64,000 bases of DNA from an uncultured virus (IMG/VR IMGVR_UViG_3300006358_000003) (taxonomy: Duplodnaviria; Heunggongvirae; Uroviricota; Caudoviricetes): the IMG/VR virus record IMGVR_UViG_3300006358_000003, one strand, 5' to 3'. This document shows positions 43,185 to 52,092 of this stretch, in pieces. The notes under the pieces are model-generated. The model ran no database searches. It saw only the letters and a list, made by a program, of their open reading frames with translations, and was not told the origin of the DNA. The translations under genes were made by a program, and so were the position numbers. The stretch's first letter is position 1. Each line of letters opens with the position of its first letter.

Positions 43185-44236
43185 GGCGTGCGCGCTTCCA
43201 GCGCCTCGATGCGCGCAAGCGCCATCTGTAGAGCGCGGGTCAGATAGGCCACCTGATACTGCATCGGAAGCGTCAGCATCGCATCGGCGCGGCAGTGTAG
43301 ATCGCCGTCGATCAGTTCCGGCATACCTAGGCTTTCCGCCGTCGCGACATAGCGACCGTATCCAGCCTTGACCTGATCCTGCGCAATGAACCCGGCTTCG
43401 GTCTGCGCGGTTGCTGGATCGGCGCCATAGGATGGCAGCTTTCGATATGTCACTGGGCGCGATGTTTTGACCCACCGCTCTGCCTCGGCGTCGGAGATGT
43501 CCTCAATGTCGAACTTCAGGCGAACGTCGGAGACGGCAAGGAATGAGACAGCTAACATATTGGTATTGTTGGAGATAACTCCGTAGAAAACCGTCGTGGG
43601 AGGGAAAGCGCCGGGGCCGGTGGCGCTATAGCTCCAACCGCCCGATACAATGCTGCTCTGCCCAACTGAGACCACAACGCTGCCAGTGAGCGTGCTTGTA
43701 GCCTGTAATGTGCCGGTTATCGTCGTGGCGCCCGTCACAGACATGCCACCGCTGGTGATGCTCAAGCCACTAGCGCCGGTAATATGGCCAGAGAACGTGC
43801 CCGTCGTTGCCGACAGCGGCCCAGCGAATGCCGGCGTCAGAGCATCGATGTTGCTCCCATCGCACGTATAGAACTGCGTAATACCCGGCAGCAGCGTGAC
43901 CGTGCGCCCCGCCCCCGTCGTCAGAATCACGTTGTGGTTGCCAGTGGTCGAGTTGCGTGCCCAGCCGACACGCGCGACCGGAGGCACCGTCACCGCGCAG
44001 TTCGAACCGAGCGCCCCGGTAAAGTTCCACATCGCAAGCCGGCCCTGATCCGGCGCGTTGTTCGCGGTGCTCAGCGTCTGCGTCGGGCCGGACAGCGCGA
44101 TCGGCGTGTTGCCCGAGGCGCCCTGCTCCGCCACCAGCCATGCGGCATCGGCGATTGGCCCCCAGGAATTGCGCACGCTGGGATCCAGAGGTTGCATCTG
44201 GGCCATGCGATAGATCGGGGTGTATGTCGTGGCCAC
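43181..44236 (-). CDS. Tail fibre/needle with C-terminal intramolecular chaperone (peptidase S74)
   Basis: VSDVRLKFDI...GFIAQD...LQMALARIEALE. Confidence 0.85.
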   Translation of the reverse strand: MATTYTPIYRMAQMQPLDPSVRNSWGPIADAAWLVAEQGASGNTPIALSGPTQTLSTANNAPDQGRLAMWNFTGALGSNCAVTVPPVARVGWARNSTTGNHNVILTTGAGRTVTLLPGITQFYTCDGSNIDALTPAFAGPLSATTGTFSGHITGASGLSITSGGMSVTGATTITGTLQATSTLTGSVVVSVGQSSIVSGGWSYSATGPGAFPPTTVFYGVISNNTNMLAVSFLAVSDVRLKFDIEDISDAEAERWVKTSRPVTYRKLPSYGADPATAQTEAGFIAQDQVKAGYGRYVATAESLGMPELIDGDLHCRADAMLTLPMQYQVAYLTRALQMALARIEALEARTP

Positions 44237-44242
44237 GTCTCG

Positions 44243-44986
44243 TTACCCCGCTGGTGCGGCCATCGCCGCCTGTGGTGGTGGTTCGGGCGGCAAGCCCTTG
44301 CGGCGCCGCTCCTCTGCTCGTGCTGCTGTCAGAGCCTCGTGGTAGCGCGTCGTCCACGATATGGACTGCTGCGGGATGTCCCCTGCCGCGCTAAAGTTCC
44401 CCTGGTAGGCACTCACTTCGACCATTGCCGCGAACAGAACTAGGTCAGGGTAAACGGTCCCGAGATAGCTAGTCTGGTTGTCCGTTGACAGAGTTGCGGG
44501 CCGCCACGTCCCCGTCACCCGCACTGTGAACGCCAGGATCGGTGCGGGCGCTATGATGGCGTTCTGGTCATCCAGCATGGCGAAGTAAGTCGAACCGAAT
44601 ACCGGCGTGCCAGTCACGGACGTATCGGGCCAGATCAGGTTGACGTAATCGAGCGACGCCCGCATGGCCGGGATCCAACTCGTGCCAACGCGAATGTCCA
44701 GACGCTCGACCGTAACGGGGTTCGTGTAGGCCAGCGGAGCGCCCTGAAAGACGATTGGATTGACCACCTGCGCCGGAAGCCCGGTCAGTGACAGCAGCGA
44801 CGTGCCAGGTGCAGTGCTCAGTGTCGTGTTCTGGCCGTGCGAGGCCAAGAGGTCTTGAAGGTCCCTCAGACAACGCAACTCGCCGTTCTGGATCGCCGTG
44901 GGGATGTAGGCGGTATAATCGGCGGCCGGGTTGACGGTCTGCTGCGCGAGTTCGGCGAGCGCTGCGGTTAGGTCGTCATAATTCAT
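44243..44986 (-). CDS. Head-to-tail adaptor
   Basis: MNYDDL..IPTAIQNGELR..IAPAP..YPDLVLFAAM..W..YHEAL. Confidence 0.8.
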   Translation of the reverse strand: MNYDDLTAALAELAQQTVNPAADYTAYIPTAIQNGELRCLRDLQDLLASHGQNTTLSTAPGTSLLSLTGLPAQVVNPIVFQGAPLAYTNPVTVERLDIRVGTSWIPAMRASLDYVNLIWPDTSVTGTPVFGSTYFAMLDDQNAIIAPAPILAFTVRVTGTWRPATLSTDNQTSYLGTVYPDLVLFAAMVEVSAYQGNFSAAGDIPQQSISWTTRYHEALTAARAEERRRKGLPPEPPPQAAMAAPAG

Positions 44987-45834
44987 CTGAAATACGCGCT
45001 CAGATCAGGCGCCAGGTGCATGGGCGCGTGCTCAGTGTCCGCGTCCGCTGCCTCCTGCCATATGTCCTTCGCCAGCAGCGTGAGCCCCTGAGTGCGAGAC
45101 GGCGCCCATTTCACCGACAGCGCCGCAGCCACATCGGCGCACCACGCCTCGTAGAAATTGAACCGGACATCGAGCACGCCACCGTTCTCGATCTGCGCGT
45201 CGCTCAACCGGACGAAGGCCCAGTATAGCAACGTGTAGGGTCCTGCCGCATCGGGCACCGGCCACACGTTGATGTTCATCGGGCCGGATGCGGGCGACTT
45301 CTGGAACCAATAGGAGGTGGGCGGGGACTGCTGGAGCTTCACCGGGATCATCGCGTAGTCGGTTCGCGAGATCGGCGTCATGTAGGTGTCGACCAGATCG
45401 GAGCCGACCGTGATCCTCCGGTACACGTCGAAGATGTCCATGATAGAGGCATCGACGGCGTAGATCGCCTGGCCCTGCACCATCGGCGTGGCTATCAGGC
45501 TCATCTTCCAGAGGTTGATACCCCTGTTCGCCCACCGCGACTGAGTCAGGTTCATCGTTCGCCGCGCGCTCACGATGTGCTTTGTCTCAAGCTGCGTCGC
45601 CTCGATCCCGCAGCGCTCGTAGACCTCGATCAGCAGATCGGACAGCGGAGGATTGAACTGCGCGGACCCGATAGGAGGCGTTGGCGCGCCGCTCCCCTCG
45701 ATAGGGCTGTTACCGATGTTGAAGTCGCCGATGGCGCTGCTGAAGCCGCCACCACCGCCCGCTCCTCCGCCAGCTGGGGGCGCCCCGCCGGCACCAGCGG
45801 TAAACTCATCAAAGGTAGGGACGAGGACTGTCAT
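44983..45834 (-). CDS. Head-tail connector/adaptor with Gly-rich N-terminal extension
   Basis: IEVYERCG..ARRTMNL..WANRGINLW..ISRTDY..VWPVPD. Confidence 0.8.
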   Translation of the reverse strand: MTVLVPTFDEFTAGAGGAPPAGGGAGGGGGFSSAIGDFNIGNSPIEGSGAPTPPIGSAQFNPPLSDLLIEVYERCGIEATQLETKHIVSARRTMNLTQSRWANRGINLWKMSLIATPMVQGQAIYAVDASIMDIFDVYRRITVGSDLVDTYMTPISRTDYAMIPVKLQQSPPTSYWFQKSPASGPMNINVWPVPDAAGPYTLLYWAFVRLSDAQIENGGVLDVRFNFYEAWCADVAAALSVKWAPSRTQGLTLLAKDIWQEAADADTEHAPMHLAPDLSAYFR

Positions 45835-46019
45835 GCCGCTCCGCCCGCCACCCGCATGCGCGACGGCTTCTCTGGAGGCTCCTTCTGTGCCTGCAACTCG
45901 GCCCGCAGTCTGTCTAGTTCCTCCTGCTGCTGGAGGATGTACGAGCGCAGCCCTGCCTCGCGCTGCGCAGCTTCCATGACCATTGCGCCCAAAGCGCGGT
46001 TGTCGTTTTCCATGCTCAT
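45831..46019 (-). CDS. Small coiled-coil protein (spike chaperone-like)
   Basis: ATGA coupling; QQQEELDRLRAELQAQK. Confidence 0.65.
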   Translation of the reverse strand: MSMENDNRALGAMVMEAAQREAGLRSYILQQQEELDRLRAELQAQKEPPEKPSRMRVAGGAA

Positions 46020-47359
46020 GCTGATGTGCTGTCCGTCACGAGGTTGGCTGCGGCGAGAGCTGTCAGAAGGCTTGCGAGCGCCGCGTTCCCCCCCTTGGCG
46101 CCCGTTACAGTCGGCTTTGTGTCCGGCAGGGTGAACCGCTCCGTCGCGCCCACCATGTAGCGCAGCCGGTTGCCCCCAGAAGTCGTGTATTGCAGGTAGT
46201 TGCCCGGCGCAGAACTCAGATTAGGACCACCGTTGAAGTCCACGACCATGCCGGCCGCCATGTTCACCGCGATCACCGGATTGGCCGACACATAGGGCGG
46301 GATCACACCGCGAGCGTCGTAGACCGAATAAGCTTGGGTGCTGACGCCACAGAGGATGACGCTTTTCACATAGAGATGCGGCGCCGCTCCGTCGGTGCTT
46401 GGGAACAGGATGCACGCTGCATTCGTCTCGTCGGTATTGATCTGCTGGAGCGTCGTGCTGATGTGCATATTAACGCGGTTGCCGATGCCGCCCCACACCG
46501 CCGCATTGCTCGCATCGTCCAGCCCGTTGAACCGATTAGCAGTCTCGATCGCGCTGAAGCCTCTGCCGGAGCTGCTGGGAAGGCCGGTAGTATCCAAGGC
46601 AGAGACATGGATGCCTTGAGTGTTCGCTGCGCTGTTCTTGCGCGTCGTGACCGACAGACCCACCAAGCCACTCGATGCCGGGTTCACCGAGTTGTTGTCG
46701 GCGACAATGTTCATCGCCCACAGCGCGCTATCGTTGGTCGCGTTGATGATCGCGTTCAGCGTTAGCGCACTGCCGATCTGCCCTAAGCCACCCGTAGCAT
46801 CTAAGATGTAATCCCAGCGATGCATATCGCACGCGGTCGCCGGGTTAGTCCTCTTTGCGTGAAACTTGATGATGCCGTTTGTATTCAGCAGCATGTTGTC
46901 AGTGATGTCGCCGCCGTTCGCCGGTCCCATCGTCAGAATAGCACCGCCGCCCGCGAACGTCGTGCCGCCGTCCATCTGCCAGCGAACGGGTTTGGTGAGG
47001 TCTTGATCTGTCCAAGTGACAGCGTGGAAGGTTCCCTCTGGCACATAGATAGTCTGGCCCTTGACCGCCGCCGAGCGCGCTGCGTTGAACGCCACGCTGT
47101 CGTCGGTCGTCCCGTCCAGAACGGCGCCGAAGTCCTTGACATTCAGCCAGTCGGCCGCCCGACCCTGCGCAGACCGCGATGTAACGGAGCCTGTAGCTGT
47201 GATATTGAGCGGCCCGGACACCGTTCCGCCAACAGCCAGAGACAACCATGGACCGCCAGACAGGATAGGATCGTTCGCGTCCAGTTTGCCGGCGTACGTC
47301 GCGTTCCACTCGCTGGCAGATGGAACGTAGCCTTTGACCCAATTCGGGGAACTGCTCAA
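46016..47359 (-). CDS. Tailspike (beta-helix, pectate-lyase-3-like start)
   Basis: WLNVKDFGAVLDGTTDDSVAFNAA..IYVPEGTF; C-terminal VTGAKGGNAALASLLTALA. Confidence 0.8.
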   Translation of the reverse strand: MSSSPNWVKGYVPSASEWNATYAGKLDANDPILSGGPWLSLAVGGTVSGPLNITATGSVTSRSAQGRAADWLNVKDFGAVLDGTTDDSVAFNAARSAAVKGQTIYVPEGTFHAVTWTDQDLTKPVRWQMDGGTTFAGGGAILTMGPANGGDITDNMLLNTNGIIKFHAKRTNPATACDMHRWDYILDATGGLGQIGSALTLNAIINATNDSALWAMNIVADNNSVNPASSGLVGLSVTTRKNSAANTQGIHVSALDTTGLPSSSGRGFSAIETANRFNGLDDASNAAVWGGIGNRVNMHISTTLQQINTDETNAACILFPSTDGAAPHLYVKSVILCGVSTQAYSVYDARGVIPPYVSANPVIAVNMAAGMVVDFNGGPNLSSAPGNYLQYTTSGGNRLRYMVGATERFTLPDTKPTVTGAKGGNAALASLLTALAAANLVTDSTSA

Positions 47360-47407
47360 AGCACGGCACCTCTACGGTAGGCGCCTGGACGAGCGCCGGT
47401 TAGGGGG

Positions 47408-47671
47408 TCAACACGCCTTCCCACCACGGCGCCGTTTGTCCATACGATCGGCCGACGCCTCGCCCTCGACGGAGCCGCCGGCCTTGAACCCGAACTTGGC
47501 CTTCACCTTGGCGCGCACCGTCGCCTTCTCTGCCGACGTGCCGTGCTGCGACACCCGCGCCTTGGCGTTCTGGGCGTGGCTCCGGTCATTCAAGGGGTAG
47601 GCCCTCCTGCCGGGGATCCCGAACACGCTGCTTGGTAGCGCGTTTCTCTGTTTTGTCGTCAAGCGGGGCAC
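47408..47671 (-). CDS. Small basic virion-associated protein
   Basis: LTTKQRNALPSSVFG..YPLNDRSHAQNA.ARV; FKAGG and RRGG motifs. Confidence 0.75.
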   Translation of the reverse strand: MPRLTTKQRNALPSSVFGIPGRRAYPLNDRSHAQNAKARVSQHGTSAEKATVRAKVKAKFGFKAGGSVEGEASADRMDKRRRGGKAC

Positions 47672-48128
47672 TTCCGTGTCTCCGAAGGTATTCCGCTAGC
47701 TTGTTAAGCAATTCGGCATCGTCCCTTACTAGCCCAAGCATCTTGTTGCATCGGTCGCATAGCCAGCCACGGAAAGATCCCGTCCTGTGGCAGTGGTCGA
47801 AAACAATGCTGTCACGATCGGTCGAGCATATTTCGCATACACTCGGTCTAGCTCTCCCTGCGATGGCTTCCTGTTGCGCCCTAGAACGTTCCTTGAAGGC
47901 AGCCCTTCGTCTTTTTTCGCCTTCGGGATCTTGCACGCGACGTTTACGTTTTCTCTCGGCATCACGAACCCTGATCCCGTCAGCATTGCCTGCGCTATGA
48001 CGATCCTGGATCTCTTTCCATAAGTCAGGATGTTTGATCCTCCATCGCCTAGCTTCCTCAGCGCGCTTAGACTTGTTCTCTGGCCTAGCCCGCCATTCTT
48101 TGACGTACTCGTACTTACTCTTTGCCAT
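47586..48128 (-). CDS. Endonuclease VII-family (homing-type) endonuclease
   Basis: CEIC..DHCH..RGWLCDRCNKMLG..DD; lower GC than flanks. Confidence 0.9.
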   Translation of the reverse strand: MAKSKYEYVKEWRARPENKSKRAEEARRWRIKHPDLWKEIQDRHSAGNADGIRVRDAERKRKRRVQDPEGEKRRRAAFKERSRAQQEAIAGRARPSVCEICSTDRDSIVFDHCHRTGSFRGWLCDRCNKMLGLVRDDAELLNKLAEYLRRHGSAPLDDKTEKRATKQRVRDPRQEGLPLE

Positions 48129-48183
48129 ACCCCATTATAGACGCTGCCGTCCTGTATAGGGTAGGGATTAGTCAGCCTCGCCA

Positions 48184-48507
48184 TCAGCCTACGGCTTCTG
48201 CCTCGTTGCCCTTGCTCGGCGCATCGGTCGTGTTGTGCCCCGAGGACATCGGCGAACCGCCTGCCGACTTCATGCCGCGGATCGATCCGCCGTGCTTGCG
48301 GCCCGGCAGTGCCCCGCCGCGCGCGCGCTTGTCCATGCGCTCCTCCGACGCCGATCCTTCAACCGAACCGCCCGACTTGCGCGCCTTGGTCTTGCCGCCG
48401 CGCTTGAAGCCGTCGCCCGTCTCCTTCATGGCGGACTCGGCCGCAGGCGAGCCCTTGGCGTTGTAGAGGGTGGTGCGGCCACCAGCCGCGCGGCGCTTAC
48501 GTGCCAT
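48184..48507 (-). CDS. Small basic protein with xxGG repeats
   Basis: GGAG RBS; RAAGG, FKRGG, RKSGG, RARGG, RKHGG. Confidence 0.75.
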   Translation of the reverse strand: MARKRRAAGGRTTLYNAKGSPAAESAMKETGDGFKRGGKTKARKSGGSVEGSASEERMDKRARGGALPGRKHGGSIRGMKSAGGSPMSSGHNTTDAPSKGNEAEAVG

Positions 48508-48516
48508 GTAGTGCTC

Positions 48517-48849
48517 CTATTGAACCAATCCGGCCTGGATCGCCTCGGCGGTCACGGTGCCGGTGCCGACAGTCACGGTTATGCGCCACCCGCGCACAGG
48601 GAAGGTGAAGGTGAACGACGCATTTGCCGTGGATCCGGCCAGCGTCGTTGGCCGCACTCTGATCGTGTCGGCGGGGCCGTGATACCAGCTAAATCCCTGG
48701 GCGAAGTCATCCATCGTGTACTCAAGCGAATACGTCGCCGAGCCCGTGACCGTCGTCTCGATCTGGAGGTTGAACGGCGTCAGATGGATGTCCGCGTTCT
48801 TCCAGCCGCTCGACCCGACGCCAGTCTGCGACATGATGACCGGCAGCAT
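48517..48849 (-). CDS. Virion structural beta protein
   Basis: YSLEYTMDD..PVRGWRITV..IQAG; TAATG coupling. Confidence 0.7.
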   Translation of the reverse strand: MLPVIMSQTGVGSSGWKNADIHLTPFNLQIETTVTGSATYSLEYTMDDFAQGFSWYHGPADTIRVRPTTLAGSTANASFTFTFPVRGWRITVTVGTGTVTAEAIQAGLVQ

Positions 48850-49295
48850 TAGAAATTGCTGTCCGACTGGTCGATGTTCATGTCGTAGAACATCGTCACG
48901 ACGGTATTCCCGGCAGCCGCCGATCCCACCGGTGTCACCGTCACCACCACGCTGGTGTTCGCGCCCACGTTCGCCATCGCGGCAAGCTGCGGTCCGGTGT
49001 AGGTCGGCCGAAGCCGCCCCGCCGCCGCCTTCACGTCGACGCCGGACACATACTGCGTGCCCGCCGCTGCGGTGCCGATGGAGAGTGTGTCCGAGGTCGC
49101 CGAGGTCCACGCCACGGTGGTGTCGATGGTGAAGTCGATAATCTGGCACGCGGGCGGGATTGTCATGGTCGCCGACACGGCATTCGTGGTGTTGTGGACC
49201 AGCGTCACGGTCTGGTTCAGCAGCGCGCTGCCGGAGTTTGCGGCAGTCGATCCGACCAGCACCGGGCCGCCAAAGTTTGTTCCTGGACCTGCCAT
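48849..49295 (-). CDS. Capsid decoration-like protein
   Basis: TNFGGPV..IPPACQIIDF..LSIGT; follows the MCP. Confidence 0.7.
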   Translation of the reverse strand: MAGPGTNFGGPVLVGSTAANSGSALLNQTVTLVHNTTNAVSATMTIPPACQIIDFTIDTTVAWTSATSDTLSIGTAAAGTQYVSGVDVKAAAGRLRPTYTGPQLAAMANVGANTSVVVTVTPVGSAAAGNTVVTMFYDMNIDQSDSNF

Positions 49296-49317
49296 CTAGG
49301 CGGTCTCCTTCCTCGAC

Positions 49318-49434
49318 CTAGTAGCGCATCATCCCGGCACCGTATTTGACCTTGCCGCTGTCCTTCGTGGACTTCTCGGCAGTCGGCTCCGGCGCCTTGG
49401 TTTCTGCGGGGGCTTGCTTGGTGGTGGTGGTCAT
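49318..49434 (-). CDS. 38-aa microprotein
   Basis: AAGGAG RBS; directly after the MCP. Confidence 0.55.
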   Translation of the reverse strand: MTTTTKQAPAETKAPEPTAEKSTKDSGKVKYGAGMMRY

Positions 49435-49459
49435 TGGTCGGTCTCCTTGCGGTCGCGGG

Positions 49460-50368
49460 TTACGAAGTCGGCGCTGTCCACCAAATACCGCGGGGATTTT
49501 TGATGCCCGACCCATAGCGCTCGAACCCGATGACGAGCAGGTTCCCCGTCGTGGGATCGACCTGCAAATCCATCTCGAATGCAGTGCGCTCGTAGAACAC
49601 AAGGCCCTTGACGCTCGTGGTGATCCCCCAGGCGAAGTTGCTCGTGAGGAACTCGGAGACCGCGAATCCGCCAGGCAGCGCGCCGCTCGACAGGATCGCC
49701 GACACGTCGTTGTTCGCTGTGCCAACGCGCAGCTCGGTCTTGAACAGCCGCTCCGCCTGCCACTGAAGCGCCAGCGGCACGATGACCTTCTCGCCGCGCA
49801 CCATCGCCAGCAAGCCGGCCTGATCGGGAAACTGCCTGATCTGGTTCAGCGCCGTCTCGACCGCGCTCTCGTTGAAGTCCAGATCGACGGTCGGCCGGTT
49901 GGCGTAGGTGCCGTTGTCGATCGGGTGGTCGACCGCCGCGAGCGCCTTGCCGTCACCGCCGAACTGCGGGTTGTACACCGTCGCCGAGTTCAGAAGCTGG
50001 TGGACCAGGATTTCCTTCGTCTGCGCGAAGCTCTCCATCAACCCCATGCTCTGCGGGTTGAACTGGTCCTTGTAGAGATTGTCGTCCAACGCCTCGCGGG
50101 TAATCGCGAAGCCCAGGCCAACGGACCGATGCTCGATATTCCAGACGAAGCGCTCGCCAGCGGCGTTGTCGAAGGTGGTTGCGTTCCCTTCGCCTTTGAG
50201 TTGGGCCAGGCCGGTGTAGCGAGCCTCGGCAACGCGCTCCAGCGCCATCTTGCTGGTGCCCGTCGCCATGAACTCGCGCCACCGGGTCTGGATCTGCGGA
50301 TACTTGCCTTCGATGTCGGCGAGACCGGGGAGCAGAAAGTCCCGGATTTGGCTTCTGTTGATTGCCAT
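49460..50368 (-). CDS. Major capsid protein
   Basis: MAINRSQIRDFLLPGL..KGEG..GFAITREALDDNLY..GGDGKAL..ERYG. Confidence 0.9.
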   Translation of the reverse strand: MAINRSQIRDFLLPGLADIEGKYPQIQTRWREFMATGTSKMALERVAEARYTGLAQLKGEGNATTFDNAAGERFVWNIEHRSVGLGFAITREALDDNLYKDQFNPQSMGLMESFAQTKEILVHQLLNSATVYNPQFGGDGKALAAVDHPIDNGTYANRPTVDLDFNESAVETALNQIRQFPDQAGLLAMVRGEKVIVPLALQWQAERLFKTELRVGTANNDVSAILSSGALPGGFAVSEFLTSNFAWGITTSVKGLVFYERTAFEMDLQVDPTTGNLLVIGFERYGSGIKNPRGIWWTAPTS

Positions 50369-50380
50369 TGCCGGGCGCTC

Positions 50381-50998
50381 CTATGCCTGACCTGTCCGCG
50401 TCCCAGCCGGATACGGATTGGTGTTCATCATCACTTCGAGGATCTGGTTGTCGTTCAACTCGCTGTAGTTGAACGGGGCGCCGTTGGCCGGAGCACCGAC
50501 GATCCTCAGGATGCGGAACGGCAGCGTCGCCGTGTTGGCCGGCGTCGCATCCAGCGCGCATGTGCTGATAAGCGCCGGTGCCAGCGTCGGAACGCCCGAG
50601 GTGCCCGTGAAGATGTCGACGTTCAGGCCGATGCTGCTCTGCGTGATGGCAGTCCCGCGCATCTGCGCCTGGAACGTCATCAGCGGATCATTGTCCACGA
50701 AGCACTCGACCACGGTCGTGCTGGCCAGAGTCGGCGCCGTCCAGCCTGCGAACCACTCGACCCTGCCGGTCGCGGCCGACAGATACCGGCAGCCGCGGAA
50801 GATCCCGAGGATCGTCGTGTCGCCCTTGGCGAACAGCCGCACCGTGCCATCGGTGAACAGCTTGCAGGGGTCTCCGAACGCGATCTGGGTCGCGTAGTTG
50901 TACGCGATGTTGAAACTGCGCTGGGCGTAGTTGGGGGAACCACCAGCGTATTGCCGGCTGGTGGAAAAACCGCTGGGGGCAAGCGTGTTCGCTGCCAT
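50381..50998 (-). CDS. Capsid-associated structural protein (decoration/cement)
   Basis: MAANTLAPSGF..IAFGDP..GIFRGCRY..DNDP; immediately upstream of the MCP. Confidence 0.75.
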   Translation of the reverse strand: MAANTLAPSGFSTSRQYAGGSPNYAQRSFNIAYNYATQIAFGDPCKLFTDGTVRLFAKGDTTILGIFRGCRYLSAATGRVEWFAGWTAPTLASTTVVECFVDNDPLMTFQAQMRGTAITQSSIGLNVDIFTGTSGVPTLAPALISTCALDATPANTATLPFRILRIVGAPANGAPFNYSELNDNQILEVMMNTNPYPAGTRTGQA

Positions 50999-51023
50999 GG
51001 GTGACTCCGCTTCAAGAGCGGCA

Positions 51024-51129
51024 ACCACACGGCGCGTGGGTAGCCTGGGGTTATTCGGGAGGGGAGAGACCGGCGCGGCCTCTCCCCCTGCTTTCGATGT
51101 GCTAAGCCCCCGGCGCGGGGGTTCCAGGC
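51024..51129 (-). promoter_or_regulatory. Structured 5' leader with three hairpins sharing the loop GCGCC
   Basis: Stems at 51024-51041, 51061-51087 and 51104-51123, all centred on CGGCGCG (+ strand). Confidence 0.65.
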
Positions 51130-51200
51130 AAAGCGCGAGCGCTACATCTGGCGAGCGGCGGCGAGTATGCCGTCATTTTGGGCAGATACGCAAGTATGTT

Positions 51201-51431
51201 TCAACGGCTGTGGCGAAGGGCATTGCTGGGGAAGCTGATCCCTGGCGATGCGGCGGCAGCTAGACGCTCCGCCAGCAGCTTACCCAGCAGATCATGCAGC
51301 CTGGCGATCTCCCGGTCCCGGACCTGGATCGCTTGCCCAGCCAGGTCCAAAGCCGACCGCAGGCACGCAATTCGCGTCTCGTGGCTGAACGGAACCATGT
51401 TCAGCCGCAACTCCTCCTCGGTCTGCATCAA
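51201..51431 (-). CDS. Hypothetical coiled-coil protein
   Basis: Coupled ORF. Confidence 0.5.
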   Translation of the reverse strand: MMQTEEELRLNMVPFSHETRIACLRSALDLAGQAIQVRDREIARLHDLLGKLLAERLAAAASPGISFPSNALRHSR

Positions 51432-51880
51432 TCGTCCTCCACCATCCGCTCCTGATCCGGCGCCGGTCCGATCGACTTCTTGATCCCGCGCCCCATTTGT
51501 CTGGACAGCCCGAGCCGCTGCATCTGGCTCGCCACCTGGTGCTTGGCCGCAAACCCGTCCAACTCGCGCGCCTCCTCGGTGATCTCTTTCGGCCGCTCCA
51601 TCAGCATCTGGCCGCCGCGCACGATCTCCGCGCCGGCCTGGAGCCGCGTTCCGCTCAGTTCGGGGTGCCGCTCGGCAGGGACCGGCGTCCAGCCGTTGGC
51701 GTCGAGGTTCACGAGGTGCTCGATATCCTCGGACCCCATGAACGTCTTACGCTTCCACTCATAGTGCATGCCGGGCGGAATGCGGCTGGTATCGATGTCA
51801 TAGCGGTTGCCGGGCGTTCTGATCTGGAGCCGCCCCGGCAAGGAACGCTGGTCGCTGCGCTGTATCGGTCGCTGGGCCAT
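51428..51880 (-). CDS. Conserved phage head-module protein
   Basis: IPPGMHYEWKR..GWTPVP..GGQMLMERP. Confidence 0.75.
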   Translation of the reverse strand: MAQRPIQRSDQRSLPGRLQIRTPGNRYDIDTSRIPPGMHYEWKRKTFMGSEDIEHLVNLDANGWTPVPAERHPELSGTRLQAGAEIVRGGQMLMERPKEITEEARELDGFAAKHQVASQMQRLGLSRQMGRGIKKSIGPAPDQERMVEDD

Positions 51881-52092
51881 CAGGCCGTCTCCTTCCCAGT
51901 CAGATACGCCGCGATCTTGCGTGCGGCGGCTATGAAACTGTCTACGTCGCCGACGAGGTTCATGCGCAAAGCCATCTCCATCGCCTGCGCGCGCGCGTAG
52001 TCATCTTGCATCAGAGTCGTGATATGCGGCGCGGCCGGCGTTCTTTCCCATTCGGCCGCCCATTCATTCTTAGGCTCCTGATAAATAGCCAT
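51880..52092 (-). CDS. Hypothetical protein
   Basis: TGATG coupling on both sides. Confidence 0.6.
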   Translation of the reverse strand: MAIYQEPKNEWAAEWERTPAAPHITTLMQDDYARAQAMEMALRMNLVGDVDSFIAAARKIAAYLTGKETA

